Origin: Solirubrobacterales bacterium
GTDB taxonomy: Bacteria; Actinomycetota; Thermoleophilia; Solirubrobacterales; 70-9
NCBI GenBank assembly: GCA_035542315.1
Contig: DATKLT010000022.1
Coordinates: 271 to 64,270, forward strand
DNA: 64,000 bases
Direction: 5' to 3'
Numbering within the stretch: position 1 is the stretch's first letter; the number at the start of each line of letters is the position of its first letter. Under the pieces are notes generated by a model. The model ran no database searches. It was given only the letters and a program-made list of their open reading frames with translations, and was not told the DNA's origin. This document shows positions 18,531-25,575 of the stretch, in pieces. A program made the position numbers and the translations under genes.

Positions 18531-19349
18531 GTGGCGCGCTTGAGCGCCTACATCCCGAGCCCGTCGTTCAACGACTTCCACGTCGGGCCACTCGAATTTC
18601 ACCTCTACGGGCTGATCTACGCGATCGCGATCGGGGTCGGGACGTGGATCCTGATCCGGCGCTGGGAGGCGGTCGGCGGCAAGCGCGAGCTGGTCTTCGA
18701 CGTCCTCCTCTGGGCGATCCCGGCCGGGCTGATCGGTGGCCGCATCTACTTCGACATCACCAGCAGCGGCGAAATCCCGCCCCACTGGTGGGGGCCGTTC
18801 GCGATCTGGGACGGCGGTCTCGGCAGCTGGGGCGCCTTCAGCGCCGGGGTCGGCGTCGCCCTCTGGCGCGTGCACCGCGCCGGCGCCTCGGTCTCGCTCG
18901 GCCTCGACGCGGTCGCCCCGGCGCTGGCCGTCGCCCAGGCGATCGGCCGCTTCGGCAACTACGTCAACCAGGAGCTCTTCGGTGGCCCCTCGACCCTCCC
19001 CTGGGCGGTCGAAATCGACCCCTCCCACCGCCCCTCCGGTTACGAGCACTACGCGACCTTCGAACCGACCTTCTTCTACGAGTCGATCTGGGACCTCTCG
19101 ATGGCGGCCTTCCTCGTCTGGCTCGGCCACCACCGCAACATCCGCCCCCCCGGTCTCTTCGCTCTCTACGTCACCGGCTATGGGCTCTTCCGAATCTTCG
19201 AGGAGCTGCAGCGGGTCGACCCCTCCCACTACATCCTCGGCCTCCGCCTCAACTTCTTCGTCGCCTGCATGACGGCGATCTCCGGCGCGATCTGGTTCAG
19301 CTGGACCCAGGGCTGGTGGGGCCGCCGGCGAGCGGCTCCTACGTCTTGA
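18531..19349 (+). CDS. lgt: prolipoprotein diacylglyceryl transferase
   Basis: GPLEFHLYGLIYAIAI, GGRIYF, WDGGLGSWGA, AQAIGRFGNYVNQELFG, PTFFYESIWD. Confidence 0.9.
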   Translation: MARLSAYIPSPSFNDFHVGPLEFHLYGLIYAIAIGVGTWILIRRWEAVGGKRELVFDVLLWAIPAGLIGGRIYFDITSSGEIPPHWWGPFAIWDGGLGSWGAFSAGVGVALWRVHRAGASVSLGLDAVAPALAVAQAIGRFGNYVNQELFGGPSTLPWAVEIDPSHRPSGYEHYATFEPTFFYESIWDLSMAAFLVWLGHHRNIRPPGLFALYVTGYGLFRIFEELQRVDPSHYILGLRLNFFVACMTAISGAIWFSWTQGWWGRRRAAPTS

Positions 19350-19535
19350 GGATCCAGTAGGCGAGGGCGACGATCAGGAAGGCGACCGCCGCCAGCGTCG
19401 CCACGCTGCTTCCGTTGAGGCTGCCGAGGGCGGCGAGCGAGAAGCTCCCATCAGCCATGAAGGCGAAGGTACCGCGGCCGGGCACGGGGGTATCGCGAGT
19501 TCGACGTTCGTCCGAGCGGCTTCGGACAACCGCCC

Positions 19536-19760
19536 TCAGCAGAGCCGCTGGTCAGCCGCGTACGCCAACCGCGTCCTGGCCTCCGCCTCGTCCGCGATCC
19601 GATCGATCACCGTCTCGACCAGCTTGGTCGCCGCAGGAAGCGCGTCGGGTGGCAGCACCAGCAGCGTCGTCAGCACGTAGTCGACCGCCACAACTGCTCC
19701 CATCAGCTCCTCGACCAGCTCCTGCGATGCAGCGTGGACTCCTGGCCGGGACACGGTCAT
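19536..19760 (-). CDS. hypothetical 74-aa helical protein
   Basis: Tail of track ORF 19536..20507 from Met (MTVSRPGVHAASQELVEELMGAVVAVDYV...). G/C-rich third codon positions by eye. No clear Shine-Dalgarno sequence and no recognised family. Confidence 0.3.
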   Translation of the reverse strand: MTVSRPGVHAASQELVEELMGAVVAVDYVLTTLLVLPPDALPAATKLVETVIDRIADEAEARTRLAYAADQRLC

Positions 19761-19898
19761 GACCCGACAAGGAACCGCGGCGGGCGATCTCTCCCCCGAC
19801 GGGGACCGCGCCGCGGGAGAGGCGCTGGCGCCCGGGGTCACGAGGTGAGAGGCTGGCATCTGTCTCGTCTTTCCCCTAACCCACGAAAGAAGGACACT

Positions 19899-20552
19899 AT
19901 GAAGAGCTTCTGGTCTCGCCCCGCCTACGCGAACGTGATCGCGACGCTTGCCCTGTTCCTCGTCCTCGCCGGCGGCACCGCCTTCGCCGCTAGCAAGCTT
20001 GCCAAGGGCTCGGTTGGCACCAAGCAGATCAAGGCCAATGCGGTCACCGGCGCGAAGATCAAGAAGAACGCCGTGACCGGCGCCAAGGTCAAGAACGGCT
20101 CCCTGACCGGGGCGGACATCAACCTCGCGACGCTCGGCACGGTGCCGACGGCGGCCGCACTCGCCGGCCAAACGGCGTTCGAAACCTTCATGGGCCCTGG
20201 CACGCAGAACGTCGGGACCTTCGGCGCCTTCACGATCCAAGCCCAGTGCAAAATCAACGAAGCCGCCACCGACTACGCCGAATTCCTGCTTTCCACCTCC
20301 GAAGACCACTCGGCGATGGACAACAACAGCGGACCGGAGAACGACGACTTCGGACCCGCCGACAATCCGATTCGGATGTTCTTCCAGAGCGCGGAAACCG
20401 GGAAAACGAACATAGAGGCGGAAGGCGGGGCGCTGCTCGCGATGGCCCCCGGCGGAACGGTACTGATCAGCGAAAGGCAGGAACTGGCGGTCAATCCACC
20501 CGGCCATCTCGGCCAGTGCTATTTCGCGGCGATCTTCAAAAAGGTCAAGTAG
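19899..20552 (+). CDS. N-terminally anchored/secreted protein with short K-x-NAVTGAK repeats
   Basis: Track ORF trimmed to Met56. MKSFWSRPAYANVIATLALFLVLAGGTAFA, then KQIKANAVTGAKIKKNAVTGAKVKNGSLTGADI, then a beta-rich C-terminal domain with 2 Cys. Same architecture as 55403..56074. Confidence 0.6.
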   Translation: MKSFWSRPAYANVIATLALFLVLAGGTAFAASKLAKGSVGTKQIKANAVTGAKIKKNAVTGAKVKNGSLTGADINLATLGTVPTAAALAGQTAFETFMGPGTQNVGTFGAFTIQAQCKINEAATDYAEFLLSTSEDHSAMDNNSGPENDDFGPADNPIRMFFQSAETGKTNIEAEGGALLAMAPGGTVLISERQELAVNPPGHLGQCYFAAIFKKVK

Positions 20553-20618
20553 GAGCCCCAGGCCGAGCGACCTGCGCGGCGGTCTCCGGGCCGCCGCGCG
20601 CTCGGTCTGACCGGGTCG

Positions 20619-20649
20619 ATGGGACTAACTGGACGGTATTCGAACCAAG
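20619..20649 (+). repeat. 31-bp direct repeat, copy 1 (ATGGGACTAACTGGACGGTATTCGAACCAAG)
   Basis: Read directly. Cross-checked against the identical GTNWTVFEP strings in track ORFs 20246..20728 and 21706..22098. Confidence 0.9.
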
Positions 20650-20791
20650 CAACCGGGGCGGCGACCCGGCGCCTTCGGCAGCGCTTACCCAGGGCCGTAA
20701 GGTCGGCTCATCTCCATTGCTGGCCTGAACAGGTGGACGCTCCGACGATCGGCTGCCGCTCAGGCGCGAACTCGACACAGGAGGGTGCTCC

Positions 20792-21709
20792 ATGAAGGCA
20801 ATTGTGGTGACTGCCGAAGCCGCCGGTACGACCGGGATGGCGCTGGTGGAGCGGCCCGAGCCGTCGGCGGCTATAAACGATGTCATCGTTCAGATTCAGG
20901 CGTCGGGCTTCGTCCCGACCGAGTTGGAATGGCCGTCGACCTGGATCGATCGCCACAGCCGCGACCGATCGCCGGTGGTTCCCGGCCACGAGTTGGCCGG
21001 AGTGGTCACTGCCCTCGGCTATGGCACGACGGGGCTGTCGGTGGGCCAGCGGGTGTTCGGCCTCGCGGACTGGTATCGCGACGGCACCCTTGCGGAATAC
21101 GTCGCGATCGAGGCTCGCAACCTCGCACCTCTGCCGGGCGATCTCGACTTCACCGTGGGCGCGAGCCTGCCGATCTCGGGCCTGACCGCGTGGCAGGGAC
21201 TGTTCGACCATGGCCGCCTGCAAACCGGGCAGAGCGTCCTTGCGCACGGCGCGGCCGGCGCCGTAGGGACGATGGTGACGCAGCTCGCACGAGAGGCCGG
21301 CGCCTATGTCATCGGCACCGGGCGCGCTGCCGACCGTCAGAAGGCACTCGACTTTGGCGCGCACGAGTTCCTCGACTTGGAGAACGACGCCCTGGAGGAC
21401 GTCGGCGGAGTCGATCTGGTCTTCGACGTCATTGGCGGCGACGTGGGGAGGCGGTCTGCAGGCCTGATCCGGGCCGGAGGGACGCTGGTGTCGGTCGTCG
21501 GGCCGCCCGAGACGAGGCCCACTGACGGCCTGGCAGTCGACTTCGTCGTCGAGGCCGATCGCTCCCAACTGACTGAGATAGCCCAGCGGGCGCGGGACGG
21601 GCGACTGCGGACGAACATCGGCAACGTCTCGGACCTCGACGACGCCGTCGCCGCTCTCAATCCGACCGAGCGGACGACCGGGAAGACGATAGTCCGCGTC
21701 CGTCCGTGA
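20792..21709 (+). CDS. NAD(P)-dependent MDR-superfamily oxidoreductase (quinone oxidoreductase / Zn-ADH-like)
   Basis: VPGHELAGVV, GQRVFG, VLAHGAAGAVGTMVTQLA (Rossmann GxxGxxG). GGAGGG Shine-Dalgarno sequence before the ATG. Confidence 0.85.
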   Translation: MKAIVVTAEAAGTTGMALVERPEPSAAINDVIVQIQASGFVPTELEWPSTWIDRHSRDRSPVVPGHELAGVVTALGYGTTGLSVGQRVFGLADWYRDGTLAEYVAIEARNLAPLPGDLDFTVGASLPISGLTAWQGLFDHGRLQTGQSVLAHGAAGAVGTMVTQLAREAGAYVIGTGRAADRQKALDFGAHEFLDLENDALEDVGGVDLVFDVIGGDVGRRSAGLIRAGGTLVSVVGPPETRPTDGLAVDFVVEADRSQLTEIAQRARDGRLRTNIGNVSDLDDAVAALNPTERTTGKTIVRVRP

Positions 21710-21766
21710 GGATTCGAGATGCAGGACCAAAGCGCTGCGAGGCCAACCTGCACCGACTTCCACGAA

Positions 21767-21797
21767 ATGGGACTAACTGGACGGTATTCGAACCAAG
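21767..21797 (+). repeat. 31-bp direct repeat, copy 2 (identical to 20619..20649)
   Basis: Perfect identity over 31 nt. Flanks diverge immediately on both sides. Confidence 0.9.
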
Positions 21798-21858
21798 GGC
21801 GGGTTCGAGCTATCAGGGCCTTGCATCGACAATGTTGATGACGCAGGGAGGGGCGCCC

Positions 21859-22053
21859 TCACCGCGACCCCTTCGGCGGCGGAATGCCCAGCTGTCTGCA
21901 GATTGCGCGCGCCAGCGGGTAGCCAATCTGACGATGACGTGGAATCGAGGTAGACCGCTCGGCGTCCATACCCCAATAGCTGTGGCGACCGCCCTCGCGC
22001 AGCAGGCGCGCGCCGTGCTGCTTCAAGTGCCGCTCGAGATCGCGGCGCTTCAC
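21859..22053 (-). CDS. hicA: HicA-family type II toxin (mRNA interferase)
   Basis: MKRRDLERHLKQHGARLLREGGRHSYW is typical of HicA/YcfA. 4-nt overlap with the upstream hicB. Confidence 0.8.
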   Translation of the reverse strand: MKRRDLERHLKQHGARLLREGGRHSYWGMDAERSTSIPRHRQIGYPLARAICRQLGIPPPKGSR

Positions 22054-22277
22054 GCAGCGACGATGTCGAGCGACTCCCTACCGACGTCCTTGCCTTGAGG
22101 CTCGTGCTCCGCAGCGCGCAATTCGAGCATTCCGGCTAGGGCGTCGAGCACCATCTCACGCGCTTCGGCTTTGGTCTTGCCCTGGCTCAGCACGCCGGGG
22201 ACCTCGGGAATCGAGGAGAAGATCCAGCCGTCGTCGCCCTCCTCGTAGAGGATCGTGAGATGGAGGGGGTTGCTCAT
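22050..22277 (-). CDS. hicB: HicB-family antitoxin (short form, no obvious DNA-binding domain)
   Basis: LTILYEEGDDGWIFSSIPEVPGVLSQGKTKAEAREMVLDAL is the UPF0150/HicB fold signature. Confidence 0.75.
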   Translation of the reverse strand: MSNPLHLTILYEEGDDGWIFSSIPEVPGVLSQGKTKAEAREMVLDALAGMLELRAAEHEPQGKDVGRESLDIVAA

Positions 22278-22320
22278 CGGCCGAGTGTAGCGCCGCCTGC
22301 TGCGGCGATTTCGGCGCAGA

Positions 22321-22394
22321 TGGGGCGGGCTGGACTCGAACCAGCGACCAAGGGATTATGAGTCCCGTGCTCTAACCAACTGAGCTACCGCCCC
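22321..22394 (-). tRNA. tRNA-Met (anticodon CAT), elongator-type
   Basis: Reverse complement GGGGCGGTAGCTCAGTTGGTTAGAGCACGGGACTCATAATCCCTTGGTCGCTGGTTCGAGTCCAGCCCGCCCCA. 7-bp acceptor stem with a G1-C72 pair, CTCATAA anticodon loop, TTCGAGT T-loop. No encoded CCA. A lysidine-modified Ile2 identity cannot be excluded. Confidence 0.9.
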
Positions 22395-22406
22395 GGCGGG
22401 GCGAGC

Positions 22407-23294
22407 CTAGCGTGCGGGGAGGGCTGCGGTCATCGCCCGGTGGAAGGCGGGCGGGTCTTCGACGTGGGGGTAGTGGGCGAGACCGGGGAGCTCGTGGACG
22501 GGGGCGGCCGGGCGCAGGTCGCGGAGGCCTTCGAGGACGTGGGTGGTGGAGACGGGGTCCTCGAGGCCCCAGGCGAAGGCGAGATGGCCGGGCCAGTCGC
22601 GGACGGCGCCGTGCCAGCGCTCGGCGTAGGTGGCGCGTTCGAAGGTGTAGCCGATCAGCTTGTCGCCGATGCGGTTGCCGTGCTTGAAGTGCATCAAGGC
22701 CCACTGGGAGTCCCCCTCCTCGGCGCTCATCGGGTGAGCCGATCCGAAAACCGAGCCGAGCTGCCAGCGGAAGACGCGGCCCGAGGAGGTGCGGGCGAAA
22801 ACCGGGCCGAGGCGGCTGCGCAGGACCTTCTGGCCGAGGACGAAGTTGGCGCGCTCGATGATCACGTTGCCGTCGAAGAGGAGGGCGCCCGAGAACTCCA
22901 TCTCCAGGCGGCCATCGAGGTCGCGGGCGAAGAGCTCGGTCGCCACCGAGGTGCCCATGTCGTGGGCCACCATCTCTACTGGACCGCCGCCGTGACGACG
23001 GACGAGCTCTTCGGTCAGGTCGGCTTGCCAGGAGAGCGTGTACTCGTGGTCGGCGGGCTTGTCGGAGAGGCCGAAGCCGAGGAAGTCGAAGGCGAGGATC
23101 GCCCGCTCCGGCTCCAGCGCGATCACCTCGCGCCAGTCATAGGAGCTGTTCGGGAAGCCATGCAGGAGCAACAGCAGCGGCCCCTCGCCCGGCTGGTGGA
23201 AACAATGGATCCGGCAGCCGCGGAACTCCTCCGGATGGCCCCTTCTCCCCCAGGCGACGACCGTCTCAGGCAGGTGATCGCGTCGCCGGGACAC
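22407..23294 (-). CDS. alpha/beta-fold hydrolase (epoxide-hydrolase/dehalogenase-like Asp nucleophile)
   Basis: LLLLHGFPNSSYDW, VAHDMGTSVA (HD-x-G elbow), C-terminal GLAHYPHVEDP. Confidence 0.8.
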   Translation of the reverse strand: MSRRRDHLPETVVAWGRRGHPEEFRGCRIHCFHQPGEGPLLLLLHGFPNSSYDWREVIALEPERAILAFDFLGFGLSDKPADHEYTLSWQADLTEELVRRHGGGPVEMVAHDMGTSVATELFARDLDGRLEMEFSGALLFDGNVIIERANFVLGQKVLRSRLGPVFARTSSGRVFRWQLGSVFGSAHPMSAEEGDSQWALMHFKHGNRIGDKLIGYTFERATYAERWHGAVRDWPGHLAFAWGLEDPVSTTHVLEGLRDLRPAAPVHELPGLAHYPHVEDPPAFHRAMTAALPAR

Positions 23295-23299
23295 CGCGC

Positions 23300-23668
23300 T
23301 CAGGCGCTGAACAGCTGCGCCAGGGAGCGGCCGACGTCGGGGGGCTCTTCCTCTCCCTTGGCCGCAGCGGCGGCGCCGTCGGCGAGGGCCTTGGCGGCGT
23401 CGGCGATCTGGTGGTCGCGGCCGCCGCGGATGACGCCGGTCTTCTTCGCTTCGGCGAGGTCGGACTCCATCAGGCCCGCCAGCTCGGCGAGGCGACGGAG
23501 GCCGACGACGCCAGCGGTGCCGCGCAGAGCGTGGGCTTCGGCGCGCATCGTCTCGAAATCGGTCGTTGCCGTGGCGAGGCCGGCCGAGATCACGTCGCAG
23601 CGACGCCGCGCCTCCTCGGCGAAGGACTCGAGCAGCTCGGCGTTCTCGGGCAGGGCCTTGTCGGTCAT
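23300..23668 (-). CDS. stand-alone Hpt (histidine phosphotransfer) domain protein
   Basis: MRAEAHALRGTAGVVGLRRLAELA matches the Hpt H-x-L-(K/R)-G-x-x-G-x-x-G motif. Its ATG overlaps the stop of the upstream gene (ATGA). Confidence 0.7.
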   Translation of the reverse strand: MTDKALPENAELLESFAEEARRRCDVISAGLATATTDFETMRAEAHALRGTAGVVGLRRLAELAGLMESDLAEAKKTGVIRGGRDHQIADAAKALADGAAAAAKGEEEPPDVGRSLAQLFSA

Positions 23669-24744
23669 TCGGCGATCACCTTTTCGGCAACTTCGTCCAT
23701 CAATTCAAGTCCAAATCCACCCTCGACGGCTGAGCTGACCACGCCGTTGCGGTTGATCGCGAACAGCCAGGGCTCGGTCGGGAGGTGGAATCTACGGACC
23801 TGGGGACGAACCCCGCTTTCGGGGTCGTTGTCTTTGAAGATCTCCATGTGGATGAATGCCGCCTTGTCTCCGAACTCCTGCTTGGCCTGCTCGGCCACGT
23901 CGACGACGGGCCCGCAAACCCGACTCTGGCAGAACTGGGGGGTCGCAAACAAGAGCAGGATCGGTTCCTTTCCTAACGCATCGGCGTAGTCGACCGCGTT
24001 CTGGGTGTCCGGCGGGACTCGAGTCGTGATCTTCGCGAGATCCCCCCCAACCTCCTTTGCGGTCGGCGTGTGGATCAGCGGCGCCGCCTCCCCTGGCCGT
24101 GGAACGCGGGTGTATTCGCCGACGTTGGCGGTGCCCAGCAACCGAGCCGAGGTTTCGTCGCCTTCGCGGATCAGAACCGCCATCCGCCAGGAGCCTTCGC
24201 CCGCGAACGGCAGCTCGGCCGAGTAGACGACCCGGGCCGCGTCCGGGTTTTCAGCCGTCGTCTGCGAGAGGAAGGCGGGCTTGGTCCCCAGGCTTTCGAT
24301 CTTCGCCGGGAACGGCCCGACCGCCGGTTCTTCGAGTGCTTTCTGTTCTGCCTTCGCCGCCTGACCCTTGCTGCCCGCCGCCGACTTGGCCCCCGGCTTC
24401 GGGGTCGGAACGCGCGCGTAGTAGACCGCGACTTCGGCATCCGGGACTTCCTGGCCATCGCGTTCGTGGATCGAGAACGGGTAGCGGTTGGGTCCCGGGT
24501 AGAAGACCGACGCTTCCGGCGCGACGATCAGTTCGGAGCGGGTGCCGGCGCCGTTCAGCAGCTCTTCGAGACTGCGCCCCTGCGGCTGCGGGAAGGCGCT
24601 CTTCGGCGGCGCCGGGCTGCTCGGCACCGGCGTCGTCGCGGCGCTGGTCGAGTCGCCACCGCCACCGCAGGCCGCTGCGCCGAGGAGGATCACGAGCAGG
24701 CTGGCGCAGGCGAGGGCGAGGCGGGCGGCGCGCATCGGCGCCAT
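23665..24744 (-). CDS. thioredoxin-fold lipoprotein (TlpA/Sco-like C-terminal domain, C-x4-C)
   Basis: Track ORF trimmed to Met39. MAPMRAARLALACASLLVILLGAAACGG (lipobox). C-terminal PILLLFATPQFCQSRVCGPVVD. Confidence 0.65.
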   Translation of the reverse strand: MAPMRAARLALACASLLVILLGAAACGGGGDSTSAATTPVPSSPAPPKSAFPQPQGRSLEELLNGAGTRSELIVAPEASVFYPGPNRYPFSIHERDGQEVPDAEVAVYYARVPTPKPGAKSAAGSKGQAAKAEQKALEEPAVGPFPAKIESLGTKPAFLSQTTAENPDAARVVYSAELPFAGEGSWRMAVLIREGDETSARLLGTANVGEYTRVPRPGEAAPLIHTPTAKEVGGDLAKITTRVPPDTQNAVDYADALGKEPILLLFATPQFCQSRVCGPVVDVAEQAKQEFGDKAAFIHMEIFKDNDPESGVRPQVRRFHLPTEPWLFAINRNGVVSSAVEGGFGLELMDEVAEKVIAE

Positions 24745-24839
24745 GTTATTGGGACTCACAGCGGGGGCCTCATGTCGCGAACGCCGCTCCCCAGCGCCAG
24801 ATAAGGTCCCTGCGTCTTCAACGTCGACGAGGAGGGGTG

Positions 24840-25571
24840 ATGGCGGAGCGCGCGGCAATCGTTACCGGAGGATCGGGTGGGATCGGGCTGGCAATCGCCC
24901 GGGCGCTCGGCGAAAGCGGCTACGCACTGACCCTGTCGTCACGGCGGCCGGACAAACTCGAGGGCGCGGTCGCCTCGCTGCACGAGGACGGCTTCGAGCT
25001 GCAGACGGTCCCCGCCGACGTCGCCGACGAGGAGAGCCTCGCCGCCGTCTTCGCCGCTCACAGGGAGCGCTATGGCCGGCTCGACGCGCTCTGCAACAAC
25101 GCCGGGGTCGGGATCGGCGGGCCGATCGACCAGACCCAGACCAAGTACCTCGACATGCAGCTCGCGGTCAACCTGCGCTCGCTGATCATCGGCACCCGCG
25201 AGGGCCTGCCGCTGCTACGCGAAGCGGGCGGCGAGCACGGTAAGGCACTGATCCTCAACACCGCCTCGATCGCCGGCAAAGGCGGCCAGGCCTTCCTCTC
25301 GATCTACGGCGCGACGAAGGCGGCAGTGATCAACTTCACCCAGGCGACGGCGCGGGAAACGGTCGGCAGCGGGGTTCAGTGCACGGCCCTGGCGCCTGGC
25401 TTCGTCGACACGGCGATGACCGAGTTCGTCAAGAGCGAGGTGCCCGGCGAGAAGATGATCCAGCCGGCCGACATCGGCGCCGCGGTCAAGTTCCTGCTCG
25501 CCCTCTCGCCAAACTGCCTGGTACCCGAGATTGTCTTCAACCGAGCAGGCGAGGGCCCCGACGCCCCCTGA
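24840..25571 (+). CDS. SDR-family oxidoreductase
   Basis: The last 243 codons of track ORF 24057..25571. AIVTGGSGGIGLAIA, NNAG, YGATKAA catalytic YxxxK. GGAGGGG Shine-Dalgarno sequence before the ATG. Confidence 0.9.
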   Translation: MAERAAIVTGGSGGIGLAIARALGESGYALTLSSRRPDKLEGAVASLHEDGFELQTVPADVADEESLAAVFAAHRERYGRLDALCNNAGVGIGGPIDQTQTKYLDMQLAVNLRSLIIGTREGLPLLREAGGEHGKALILNTASIAGKGGQAFLSIYGATKAAVINFTQATARETVGSGVQCTALAPGFVDTAMTEFVKSEVPGEKMIQPADIGAAVKFLLALSPNCLVPEIVFNRAGEGPDAP

Positions 25572-25575
25572 CGCC

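Noticed and set aside
16644-19229. 861-aa minus-strand ORF in the supplied track
   Set aside because: Only the last 402 codons (16644-17852) look like a protein. The upstream 459 codons are R/P/G/A-rich and lie antisense to the well-supported lspA and lgt genes. This is a GC-driven open frame.
20619-20649. The 31-bp repeat as a tRNA or tRNA pseudogene
   Set aside because: It contains GGTTCGAAT on the minus strand, but the flanking bases cannot form a T-stem (CTTGG against ACCGT). No acceptor or anticodon arms can be drawn. It is at most a decayed tRNA 3' fragment.
22321-22394. tRNA-Met as an initiator tRNA
   Set aside because: The first acceptor pair is a normal G1-C72, whereas bacterial initiators have a C1xA72 mismatch. 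The anticodon stem also lacks the three consecutive G-C pairs directly next to the loop.
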